A DNA stretch of 64,000 nt from Dehalococcoidia bacterium (GCA_965248975.1 CBDFKU010000015.1:16916-80915); one strand, 5' to 3'. Shown: positions 34,783 through 43,605, numbered from the stretch's first letter. Notes: generated by a model from the letters alone, not told the origin. Numbers and translations are program-made.

Positions 34783-36138
34783 TTGAGTAAGAAAGAAGGA
34801 TTCTCCTCACTAGAGGGCAGGGAGTTGGGCAGCCCCATTAGGCGGCTCAACCGAGTTTTCTACGGCTGGTGGCTGGTGGGCGTGTCGGGGTTCATCATGC
34901 TCTTGGTAACGGTACCCATTTTCTACGGCATGTCCGCCTGGTTCCCGGTGCTGGAGAAAAGCTTCGGCTGGAGCCGGGGCCAGCTATCTCTCGCCTTTTC
35001 CCTGACCCGGGTCGAGGGCTCCGTCACAGGCCCCCTGGGGGGTTACCTGGTCGACAAGCTAGGCTCCCGACGCATGGTGCTCATAGGTTTCCTGATCATG
35101 GGATGCGGGTTCATACTCTTCGGACTGGTCCAGGATCTGTGGCAGTTCTACCTGGCTTTCATAGTGGTGAGCATGGGTGCGGGTTTGGGCAGCTGGATGC
35201 CCATGATGGCCGTCCTGAACAACTGGTTCTTGAAAAAGCGAGCCACGGCCATGTCCAGGGCGATGGCGGGGTCGGCGGTGGGAGGGCTGCTGCTAGTACC
35301 GGTGCTGGCCTGGTCCATCGACCCGGACCGCTTCGGCCTCGACCGGTGGAGGGACGTAGCCACGGTGCTAGGGATTGGCTCGCTGATCCTGGCCTTCCCT
35401 CTATCCCTGCTGGTACGCAACCGTCCCGAAGACTACGGGCAGCATCCCTACGGCTTCCCCTCAACGGAGGACGCCGCGCCGGTGGACCAGACGCCAGCTC
35501 CCTCGGAGGACTCCGGCTTCACCTGGCAGGAAGCGATACGCACCAGGGCCTTCTGGTTGATTAGCATAGGCCACGCCTCGTCGGCGGCCGTGATGACCAC
35601 CTTGACGGTGCATCTGGGCTCGATACTCTTCCTGGACAGGGGGATCCCCCTGGGCAACGTGGGCTTCGTGATCTCCACGTATCTGGCAGTGGGCGCAACC
35701 TTCAACCTGGTGGGCGGCTACATCGGCGACCGGGTCCCTATACGGATGGCTGTCTTTGGGTTTTCCGTGGTTCAGTCCATTGCCATCGTCGTGCTGTTGC
35801 TGGCTGGCACGTCCTATCTGATCTACGTCTTCGCGGTCCTTCTGGGTATTGGCTTCGGCGGAAGGGCTCCGCTGACTACCGCCATCCGTGGCGTCTACTT
35901 CGGTCGCCGGGCCTACGGCCGCATCATGGGGATATCGATGCTGCCCATGAACGCGTTCCTGTTTGCCATGCCCGTCTACGCCGGTTTCATGTTCGATGCC
36001 ACAGAGAGCTACACCATTCCCTTCATTACCCTGGCCGTCCTGAACTTCGTGGGTTCTTGTTTCTTCCTGATGATAGGACCGCCCACCGCCATGCCCGTCA
36101 GACAGCCGACCGTCACCGAGGGACCCACAACGGCATAG
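34783..36138 (+). CDS. MFS transporter, tandem paralog 2
   Basis: 451 aa, colinear and clearly homologous to 33402-34772 (RVFYGWWLVGVSGFIML...WSRGQLSLAFSL...GYLVDKLGSRRMV). Confidence 0.8.
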   Translation: MSKKEGFSSLEGRELGSPIRRLNRVFYGWWLVGVSGFIMLLVTVPIFYGMSAWFPVLEKSFGWSRGQLSLAFSLTRVEGSVTGPLGGYLVDKLGSRRMVLIGFLIMGCGFILFGLVQDLWQFYLAFIVVSMGAGLGSWMPMMAVLNNWFLKKRATAMSRAMAGSAVGGLLLVPVLAWSIDPDRFGLDRWRDVATVLGIGSLILAFPLSLLVRNRPEDYGQHPYGFPSTEDAAPVDQTPAPSEDSGFTWQEAIRTRAFWLISIGHASSAAVMTTLTVHLGSILFLDRGIPLGNVGFVISTYLAVGATFNLVGGYIGDRVPIRMAVFGFSVVQSIAIVVLLLAGTSYLIYVFAVLLGIGFGGRAPLTTAIRGVYFGRRAYGRIMGISMLPMNAFLFAMPVYAGFMFDATESYTIPFITLAVLNFVGSCFFLMIGPPTAMPVRQPTVTEGPTTA

Positions 36139-36445
36139 CCCGTGAGGGAGCCAAGGCTGGCAGCCGCCAGGCCTGTGCCATAATCCGGGTGCCACGCGAA
36201 CTTCCCCGTAAACTTCCCCAAGGAGGGAAAGATACCCCAGTACGCAGTCCTCGGGTCACATCCGCCGGACAACTGCCCCCTAACAAACAAGGCGGTGAGG
36301 GAGTTCCTCATGGGAATCGCTCCCAAGTGGCCGGAGCTGGAAAAGGAATTCATCCGGCGAGTCGACGAATTTACACCAACGATATACTAGGGCAAGTGCC
36401 CGGCAGAGGAGCTCTGGAGGATCAGCCATAGACGTACGACCCTTC

Positions 36446-37579
36446 ATGGTAGAGGTACCGGAAGCTGTACTGGCAGACCTGCAGGAACGCCTGGCCCGCA
36501 CCCGCTGGCCCGACGAAATCGCGGGCTCCGGCTGGGACTACGGCGCTAACCTGAGCTACGTTAAGGAGCTTACCGACTACTGGCGCACCGGCTTCGATTG
36601 GCGGGCCCAGGAGCGGGCCATCAACGAGTTCCCTCAGTTCAGGGCGAACGTTGACGGGACGGGCATCCATTTCGTCCACCGGCGTGGTGTGGGGCCGGAC
36701 CCCTTCCCCCTGGTCGTCACCCACGGCTGGCCCGGCTCCTTCGTGGAGCTGCTGAAGATCGTCCCGCTCCTCACCGACCCGGCCGCCCACGGAGGCGACC
36801 CCGCCGACGCCTTCGACGTCGTGGTCCCCTCCATGCCGGGATACGGCTTCTCCGATATTCCGACCCAGCGGGGCATGAGCCCCCGACGGATCGCCGGGCT
36901 CTGGGCCAAGCTGATGACCGAGGACCTGGGGTACACACGCTTCGGAGCCCAGGGCGGCGATTGGGGAGCGGTGGTGTCCACGGCGTTGAGCCACGACCAC
37001 TCAGACAAGGTGGCAGGCATTCACTTGAACATGGTCGGCGGCCCGCCGCGGACTCCGGGGCCGGATGAGCCGCCGCTGTCCAGAGCAGAGGTGTCTTATC
37101 TGGAGGAGAGGGAGCGATGGTGGCAGGAGGAGCAAGGGTACATCCACATGCAGAGGACCAAGCCCCAGACTCTGGCCTACGGGCTCAACGACTCTCCCAC
37201 GGGCCTGGCGGCATGGATCGTCGAGAAGTTCCGTACCTGGAGCGACTGCGACGGCGACGTGGAGACCAAGTTCACCAAGGACGAGATCCTCACCAACATC
37301 ACCATCTACTGGGTGACCCGAACCATCAACGCCGCCAACCGCCTTTACTACGAGGCCGGACGGGACCCCCTGAGCCTGGAACGTGGTCAGCGGCTGAAGG
37401 CTCCCACGGCTGTGGCGATGTTCCCCAGGGAGATCAGCCGCCCTCCAAGGGAGTGGGTGGAACGCACCATGAACGTGCAGCGGTGGACCGACATCCCCAG
37501 GGGCGGCCACTTCGCCGCCATGGAAGAGCCGGAGTTGCTGGCCGAAGATATCCGAGCCTTCTTCCGAACGGTGCGATAG
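36446..37579 (+). CDS. epoxide hydrolase (microsomal/EHN-type alpha/beta hydrolase)
   Basis: 377 aa. EHN N-terminal domain (LADLQERLARTRWPDE...), oxyanion HGWPGS, nucleophile GGDWGA, C-terminal GGHFAAMEEPELLA. Confidence 0.88.
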   Translation: MVEVPEAVLADLQERLARTRWPDEIAGSGWDYGANLSYVKELTDYWRTGFDWRAQERAINEFPQFRANVDGTGIHFVHRRGVGPDPFPLVVTHGWPGSFVELLKIVPLLTDPAAHGGDPADAFDVVVPSMPGYGFSDIPTQRGMSPRRIAGLWAKLMTEDLGYTRFGAQGGDWGAVVSTALSHDHSDKVAGIHLNMVGGPPRTPGPDEPPLSRAEVSYLEERERWWQEEQGYIHMQRTKPQTLAYGLNDSPTGLAAWIVEKFRTWSDCDGDVETKFTKDEILTNITIYWVTRTINAANRLYYEAGRDPLSLERGQRLKAPTAVAMFPREISRPPREWVERTMNVQRWTDIPRGGHFAAMEEPELLAEDIRAFFRTVR

Positions 37580-37601
37580 TCGGCGGTGAACTCCCGGGCC
37601 G

Positions 37602-37630
37602 TTGTCAGCCGCGGGCTTCTCTGGTAGGCT
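37602..37630 (+). promoter_or_regulatory. candidate promoter for lutA
   Basis: TTGTCA (37602-37607), 17-nt spacer, TAGGCT (37625-37630). Confidence 0.3.
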
Positions 37631-37674
37631 GAGTCTGGCGTTTCTAGCTGTTTCCCGATGATCGAGGTAGGTCC

Positions 37675-38445
37675 GTGTCGACAGTCCCCGGGATAAAGGC
37701 GTCCCTGTTCGTCACTTGCATCGTCGACCAGCTCTTTCCGGAGGTCGGCGTGGCGGCTGTGCGGCTGCTGCGGCGACTGGGAGTCGAGTTGGACTTTCCC
37801 CGGGACCAGACCTGCTGCGGCCAGGCGGTGTTCAACTCGGGCTTCACCAGGGAGGCCGGGCTGCTGGCCCGGCGCGTTCTGAGGAGTTTCCCCCCATCCG
37901 GGGGCGATGGGAACGCCGATTACGTCGTGGTGCCCTCGGGCTCCTGCGCCAGCATGATGCGGATCTTCTACCCCCGGCTGTTCGACGACGATCCCGGGCG
38001 TCGAGTCCAGGCCGAGGAGCTTGCGCCGCGAGTCTACGAGCTCTCTGAGTTCATCGTCAAGGTCCTGGGGGTTACCGACGTTGGGGCCAGCTACCAGGGC
38101 AAGGTAACCTATCACCCTTCCTGTCACCTGCTCAGGGAGTTGGGAGTGTCCGAGGAACCCCGGGCGCTGATCGGGAAGGTTCGGGGCGCGGACCTGATCG
38201 AGATGGACCAGGCCGAAACCTGCTGCGGCTTCGGCGGCACCTTCTCGGTGAAGTATCCCCACATCTCAGGGGGCATGCTGAAGGACAAACTGGACAACGT
38301 GGCGATGACCGGGGCGGATGCGCTAGTGGCCTGCGACATGAGCTGCCTGATGCACATGTCGGGAGGGCTGAGCCGTACGGGGGCCAAGGTGCAGCCGATG
38401 CACCTGGCTCAGCTGCTGGAGCCTGCCACAGAGCCTCGAAGATAG
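37675..38445 (+). CDS. lutA: lactate utilization protein A, (Fe-S)-binding CCG-domain oxidoreductase
   Basis: 256 aa. Two CCG motifs (QTCCGQAVFNSG, ETCCGFGGTF). GTG start. Confidence 0.85.
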   Translation: MSTVPGIKASLFVTCIVDQLFPEVGVAAVRLLRRLGVELDFPRDQTCCGQAVFNSGFTREAGLLARRVLRSFPPSGGDGNADYVVVPSGSCASMMRIFYPRLFDDDPGRRVQAEELAPRVYELSEFIVKVLGVTDVGASYQGKVTYHPSCHLLRELGVSEEPRALIGKVRGADLIEMDQAETCCGFGGTFSVKYPHISGGMLKDKLDNVAMTGADALVACDMSCLMHMSGGLSRTGAKVQPMHLAQLLEPATEPRR

Positions 38446-38485
38446 ATAAGATGTCGCCTCACTTTCCGATACAAGGTGGACCAGT

Positions 38486-39187
38486 ATGACCCACGACTCT
38501 CGCGAATTCTGGAACGAAATGTGGGCCAAACACGACGACGTCACCCCCGACCCGGATGACCTGCTGGTAACCGAGGTGGAAGGTCTAATCCCGGGGCGTG
38601 CGCTGGAGTTAGGCTGCGGCGCCGGTGGCAACCCGATTTGGCTGGCCGAGCATGGCTGGCAGGTGACGGCAATAGACTTCTCCGAAGCCGCAATCGAGAA
38701 AGGCAAGCGGCTGGCGGCCGAACGAGGTGTACAGGTGGGATTTGTCGTCGCAGACGCCACAACCTTCCAACCCGACGGCCGGTACGACTTGATCACTTCC
38801 TTCTACATACAGGTGTCCCCTGACCAGCGGGCGAAGATGCTGTCCATGGCCGCCGCCGCTCTAGCGCCCGGAGGCACACTGCTGTTCGTTAGCCACGACA
38901 AGTCCAGTCCGCCTCCAGGGTGGACGGACGAGGACATGTTAAGCTTGACAACTCCCGAAGAAGTCGCGCCTGAACTCTCTGGTCTGGAAATCGAGCGGGC
39001 TCTTGTTGTGGAACACAGTGGTGGAGAACATGCTGCCCACGCCCAGGATTCTGAAGCCGATCATGACCCAGATGAGCGGATTAGAGATGAACGTCACGAC
39101 TCGCATGTTACCGGCAGCACCGTTGTCAGGGCCGTTCGTCTGCGCGGGATTACTTGTGACTGTGACTCTGTGAGGAAAGGGCAGTAG
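38486..39187 (+). CDS. class I SAM-dependent methyltransferase (TehB/TPMT-like look) inserted between lutA and lutB
   Basis: 233 aa. ALELGCGAGGNPIWLAEHGWQVTAIDFSEAAI motifs I/II, then LLFVSH. Confidence 0.7.
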   Translation: MTHDSREFWNEMWAKHDDVTPDPDDLLVTEVEGLIPGRALELGCGAGGNPIWLAEHGWQVTAIDFSEAAIEKGKRLAAERGVQVGFVVADATTFQPDGRYDLITSFYIQVSPDQRAKMLSMAAAALAPGGTLLFVSHDKSSPPPGWTDEDMLSLTTPEEVAPELSGLEIERALVVEHSGGEHAAHAQDSEADHDPDERIRDERHDSHVTGSTVVRAVRLRGITCDCDSVRKGQ

Positions 39188-39196
39188 AGAAGTTCC

Positions 39197-40636
39197 GTGG
39201 CTGACGTCAAGACCCGCGAATTCAAGAAGGCCTCGACCATCGCCATGGCCGACGCCAAGCTCCAGGCCGCGCTGCGGCGTGCTGGCGGGGGCTTCGACGA
39301 CGCCCGTCTCGACGCCATCGAAGAGCTTGGAGCCGAGCGTTGGGAGGAGCTGAGGGAGCGGGCCAGGGAGATCAAGAACCACACCATCGACCACCTGGAC
39401 CACTATCTGGAGCTGCTAACTGAGAGATTTACCAGGAACGGTGGTCAGGTCCACTTCGCGCGGGACGCTGCCGAAGCCAACGCCATAGTCGCAGGACTGG
39501 CCAGGTCCAGCGGGACCAAGCTGGTCACCAAGAGCAAGTCCATGGTCTCCGAAGAAATGGGCCTCAACGAGGCCCTGGAGGATACGGGCGTCGAAGTGGT
39601 GGAAACGGACCTGGGCGAGTACATCATCCAGCTTGCCGACGAAACTCCCTTTCACATCATCGCGCCAGCCATGCATAAGAGCCGGCAGGACGTCTCGGAG
39701 CTCTTCGGCCGGAAAATCGGGGTGCCTAATCTCGTGGAGATCGAGGAGATGGCCCGGACGGCGCGCGAGACCCTCCGGGAGAAGCTTCTGCATGCCGACA
39801 TGGGGATTACCGGGGCCAACTTCCTGGTGGCCGAGACCGGCACCCTGACTATCGTCACCAACGAGGGCAACGGTCGCTTCTGCACGTCGGTGCCCCGCAT
39901 CCATGTGGCCCTGGCCGGCATGGAGAAGCTGATCCCTTGCCTGGAGGACCTGTCCGTATTCCTTCGCCTACTCCCCAGGGCGGCCACCGGGCAGCGCATG
40001 ACCAGCTATGTCAGCCTTATCTCTGGACCCAAGCGCCCACAGGACGAAGACGGCCCCGAGGAGGTCCACCTGGTAATCGTGGACAACGGCCGTTCGCGGC
40101 TCCTGGAAGACCCTGAGCTGAGGGAGTCCCTCAACTGCATACGCTGCGGGGCGTGCCTCAACATCTGCCCCGTGTATCGCAAGGTCGGGGGCCACTCCTA
40201 CGGATGGGTCTATCCCGGACCCATCGGCGCAGTGATCTCTCCCGTGCTAGTGGGCCTCAAGGAGGCCGGGGACCTGCCCTACGCATCCAGCCTGTGCGGG
40301 GCCTGCCGGGAGGTGTGTCCGGTCAAGATAAACATCCCCCACATGCTCTTGCACCTGCGCACCCGCCTCACCGAGGGCCAGAGCAGCGAGCGCAAGTCGG
40401 CGTTGTGGGAGAGGCTCCTGGCCCGGGGCTACTATCGCATCATGAGCGGCCCCGCCATGCTGTCATGGGTCCACCGCATCGGCCGGCTGGCCCAGGTCCC
40501 CTTTGCGCGAAACGGCAGGATACGAAGTATCCCCGTACCACCCTTCTCCCGCTGGACCCGGGACAGGGACCTGCCGTCCCTACCGCCAAAGACCTTCCGC
40601 CGGATCTGGGACGAAGACCTGTCGAAGAAAGAATAG
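39197..40636 (+). CDS. lutB: lactate utilization protein B, 4Fe-4S ferredoxin-type iron-sulfur protein
   Basis: 479 aa. LUD-type domain, then CIRCGACLNICPVY and CGACREVCPVKI cluster motifs. GTG start. Confidence 0.88.
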   Translation: MADVKTREFKKASTIAMADAKLQAALRRAGGGFDDARLDAIEELGAERWEELRERAREIKNHTIDHLDHYLELLTERFTRNGGQVHFARDAAEANAIVAGLARSSGTKLVTKSKSMVSEEMGLNEALEDTGVEVVETDLGEYIIQLADETPFHIIAPAMHKSRQDVSELFGRKIGVPNLVEIEEMARTARETLREKLLHADMGITGANFLVAETGTLTIVTNEGNGRFCTSVPRIHVALAGMEKLIPCLEDLSVFLRLLPRAATGQRMTSYVSLISGPKRPQDEDGPEEVHLVIVDNGRSRLLEDPELRESLNCIRCGACLNICPVYRKVGGHSYGWVYPGPIGAVISPVLVGLKEAGDLPYASSLCGACREVCPVKINIPHMLLHLRTRLTEGQSSERKSALWERLLARGYYRIMSGPAMLSWVHRIGRLAQVPFARNGRIRSIPVPPFSRWTRDRDLPSLPPKTFRRIWDEDLSKKE

Positions 40637-40656
40637 CGCCACTCAAGGAGGGGTAG

Positions 40657-41382
40657 CTGGACAAGGGAGAGTTCATCAGATCCGTACGGCGAAGCCTCGG
40701 TAAGACGGCCGAGCCATCCGCCTTCGACGACCGCCTCGGCGAGACCCTGCCCGAGCTGGAGGAGAGGGTCCGCACCATGACGGCCGAGGCAGAGTCCCCG
40801 GATCCCGGGCGGCTGGACAAGCTAGCGGAGGTCGCGGCGCTGCGGGGCTGGAAGGTTTGCAGGGCACCCGATCCGGAAGCGGCCGTAGGCTATATATGCG
40901 ACCTCGCGTCGGATCGGGGCGTCACCCATGTCGTTCGTTCCGACGAGGAGGTCTTTCGGTTGGTCCCCATCGACGACCCCTTTGCCCACCAGGGAGTAGA
41001 GGTGACGCTGATGGCTCGGGCGGCCTCGGGGCTTTCGCCGGAGTCGATGCGTCAGAGTGCGGCGCAGGCCGGGATGGGCATAACCGGCGTCGACTACGCC
41101 ATCGCCGAAACGGGATCGGCGGTGGTCCTGCCACGGCCGGGCTTGAGCCGGCTGGTCTCTCTTCTGCCTCCGATCCACGTGGCCATAGTTCGCCCCGAGG
41201 ACGTGGTGGACAGCCTGGAGGATATCTTCGCACTTAGGCGCCTCGCTTACCACCGGGGAGACGGAGACATGGGCAGCTACATGAACTTCATCACGGGTCC
41301 CAGCCGGACCGCCGACATCGAGCAGACCCTGGTGATCGGCGTCCACGGGCCTGCCGAGGCGCACATGGTTATCCTGGGCTAA
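40657..41382 (+). CDS. lutC: lactate utilization protein C (LUD domain), probable CTG start
   Basis: LUD-like body from 40777. The in-frame region 40657-40776 (LDKGEFIRSVRRSLGKTAEP...) looks like a LutC N-terminus. It contains no ATG/GTG/TTG, and CTG 40657 sits 5 nt after AAGGAGG (40645-40651) and directly after an in-frame TAG. Confidence 0.6.
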   Translation: MDKGEFIRSVRRSLGKTAEPSAFDDRLGETLPELEERVRTMTAEAESPDPGRLDKLAEVAALRGWKVCRAPDPEAAVGYICDLASDRGVTHVVRSDEEVFRLVPIDDPFAHQGVEVTLMARAASGLSPESMRQSAAQAGMGITGVDYAIAETGSAVVLPRPGLSRLVSLLPPIHVAIVRPEDVVDSLEDIFALRRLAYHRGDGDMGSYMNFITGPSRTADIEQTLVIGVHGPAEAHMVILG

Positions 41383-41402
41383 GGCACTAGGGAGGATCGG
41401 GT

Positions 41403-41744
41403 TTGCCGGTAAGGATCGGGTTCGCAACATACAGGCAGGGAGCGCTGGAAGCCGAGCTGAACCGTGTCGTCGAGATGATACCCCAGCTCGGCGTCCAGCG
41501 GGCCGTTCTCGTCGGCGACCTGGCCGCCGACCGTGTGGGGCCGGAGAGCATCCTGGAGCTGGTCATGGTTATGGAGATTCAGGGCAATTTTACCCGGCGC
41601 ATGGACTTCTTCACTAGCCACTTGGGCCCCATGATCGCCACCAACTACTTCGTGTACACGCCGGAAGAGTTCGACGATCTGCAATACACCAACACCTTCC
41701 TGCGAAACGCCCTGAAGGGCGGGAGGACCGTTTATGAAGCCTGA
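41403..41744 (+). CDS. minimal nucleotidyltransferase (MNT)-like protein, putative antitoxin partner of the HEPN protein
   Basis: 113 aa, with the size, position and C-terminal YTPEEFD pattern of the MNT family. The usual GS...DxD catalytic motif looks degenerate (VGDLAADRVGPESILELVMVME). Confidence 0.5.
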   Translation: MPVRIGFATYRQGALEAELNRVVEMIPQLGVQRAVLVGDLAADRVGPESILELVMVMEIQGNFTRRMDFFTSHLGPMIATNYFVYTPEEFDDLQYTNTFLRNALKGGRTVYEA

Positions 41745-42144
41745 CCCCCAGGTCGAAGGAGCTCGATGGATGAAGCAGGCGGAGCGGGACCTGGAGGATG
41801 CCGGATACCTTCGCGAAGGTGGCCGGCACAACCTGGCCTGCTTCCTGGGCCAGCAGGCTGGCGAGAAGGCCTTGAAGGCCTACCTCTACTATCACGGCGC
41901 CGAGGACGTCTGGAGCCGGTCACTGGCGGACCTGTGCGAGGACGCCAAGATTCTCAACCGCATGTTCGACGTCATCAAGTCCACCGCCATATTGCTGGAC
42001 AAGTACCACGACCTGACCCGTTACCCCCATATGCTGCCCAGCGGCATACCCGCCGACGCCTACGACGAGGTGGACTCTGAGCGGGCCATCTACGTCGCGG
42101 GCGAGGTCATCTCCTTCATCAAAGTGCAGATGGTGGAAGAGTAG
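41734..42144 (+). CDS. HEPN domain protein
   Basis: 136 aa. WMKQAERDLEDA...ACFLGQQAGEKALKAYL...LDKYHDLTRYPH is a PF05168-type HEPN pattern. It overlaps the MNT gene by 11 nt. Confidence 0.75.
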   Translation: MKPDPQVEGARWMKQAERDLEDAGYLREGGRHNLACFLGQQAGEKALKAYLYYHGAEDVWSRSLADLCEDAKILNRMFDVIKSTAILLDKYHDLTRYPHMLPSGIPADAYDEVDSERAIYVAGEVISFIKVQMVEE

Positions 42145-42340
42145 TCGGATCTTCTGGAATGATCTCGCCGTGGTCCTTCATACTTTCCACGGTCATCTGT
42201 AGCACTTCTTGAATGTTCTTTAAGGCCTCTTCTTGAGTCTGTCCCCAAGTAGCGCCGCCTCGGTCTTTCAGGGCAAGAGCGTACGCCACCCAGCGCTCTT
42301 CATCAGGCTCAACTACAACTCGGAATACATAGCTTTTCAT
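42119..42340 (-). CDS. HicB-like antitoxin-fold protein (UPF0150 type), no adjacent HicA
   Basis: 73 aa. YVFRVVVEPDEERWVAYALALKDRGGATWGQTQEEALKNIQEVLQM is typical of the HicB-like N-terminal domain. Confidence 0.65.
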   Translation of the reverse strand: MKSYVFRVVVEPDEERWVAYALALKDRGGATWGQTQEEALKNIQEVLQMTVESMKDHGEIIPEDPTTLPPSAL

Positions 42341-42441
42341 GGCTAAGCTCCTGGCAGGACCTGGAACGCGTGGTTATGAGATGAGACATGAGTGTAACAG
42401 CACTGTATGCGTATCCACGACTTGGGACGCAGTGTCCATTC

Positions 42442-43605
42442 TCAGGTAGTCTCGAGACCCCGCGGCACGAATTGCTCGCCCATCTCCAGCAGGCGCATGG
42501 TCCTTTCGGCAGCCTTCCGGAGGAGCTCGTAGGTCCGTGAGATGCTGTCTTGGAAGCTCATAGCCCTGTCGGGAATAGGCACCACCGCGTCGATCCCGTG
42601 ATGGTAAACCTCTTCGTAGCCGACCCCCAGGCTGCCCGCTAACGCTATCACCGGTATCTTCAGGGCCTTCGCCCTCCGGGCCACCCCAACGGGCGCCTTA
42701 TCGTAGACAGTGGAAGAGTCGATACGTCCCTCTCCGGTGATTACCAGGTCTGCTCCCTGGAGGTGCTCGTCCAGTCCCAGGACTCTGCATATCAAGTCGA
42801 TCCCCGACTCGATCCGGGCGTCGGCGAAGGCCAGCAGCCCCGCACCCAGTCCACCGGCCGCACCGGCGCCGGGCCTGTCGCGGACGTCGACGCCCAGATT
42901 GCGCTGTATCACGCGCCCCAGGTGGTCCAGAGCGGCGTCAAGCTCCTTGACCACCTGGGGCGAGGCCCCCTTCTGAGGGCCGTAGACAGCCGACGCCCCA
43001 CTGGGGCCACACAGCGGATTGGTGACGTCCGTGGCCGCCGTGATCTTCGCTTCCATCACGCCGAGGCGCATAGCGGACATGTCGATTCTAGCCAACCGGG
43101 GCAGTGCGGCGGCACCCCGAGGCAGCTCCCTGCCGTTGGAGTCCAGGAACTGGACGCCCAGGGCCTGGGCCATTCCCGCTCCACCGTCGTTAGTGGCACT
43201 CCCACCAAGGCCCACGATGATTTCCCTGTACCCCCGGTCCAGGGCCTCGCCTATGAGCTGCCCAGCGCCGTAGCTCGTGGTCAACCGGGGGTTGCGACGG
43301 CGGGGGGGCACCAGGGCCAGTCCCGATGACCTGGCCACCTCGATTACCGCAGTTTCCCCGTCACCCATGACACCCCAGAGAGCGCCCACCGGCTCCTCCA
43401 GCGGGCCGACTACCCAGGTCGTGAACAGCTCGCCGCCGGTGCTCTCCACGAGGGCGTCCAACGTGCCGTCGCCCCCGTCGGCCACCGGCACCCTTACGGT
43501 TTCCGCCTCGGGACAGACTGCCAGGACCCCCTCTTCAATCGCCCGGGCCACCTCTCCTGCCGGCAGGCCACCCTTGAACGTCTGGGGCGCTATCACCACC
43601 TTCAC
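42442..43605 (-). CDS. glxK: glycerate kinase
   Basis: 387 aa. MKVVIAPQTFKGGL...PVADGGDGT...GGSATNDGG...ITGEGRIDSST are glycerate kinase family motifs. Confidence 0.9.
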   Translation of the reverse strand: MKVVIAPQTFKGGLPAGEVARAIEEGVLAVCPEAETVRVPVADGGDGTLDALVESTGGELFTTWVVGPLEEPVGALWGVMGDGETAVIEVARSSGLALVPPRRRNPRLTTSYGAGQLIGEALDRGYREIIVGLGGSATNDGGAGMAQALGVQFLDSNGRELPRGAAALPRLARIDMSAMRLGVMEAKITAATDVTNPLCGPSGASAVYGPQKGASPQVVKELDAALDHLGRVIQRNLGVDVRDRPGAGAAGGLGAGLLAFADARIESGIDLICRVLGLDEHLQGADLVITGEGRIDSSTVYDKAPVGVARRAKALKIPVIALAGSLGVGYEEVYHHGIDAVVPIPDRAMSFQDSISRTYELLRKAAERTMRLLEMGEQFVPRGLETT

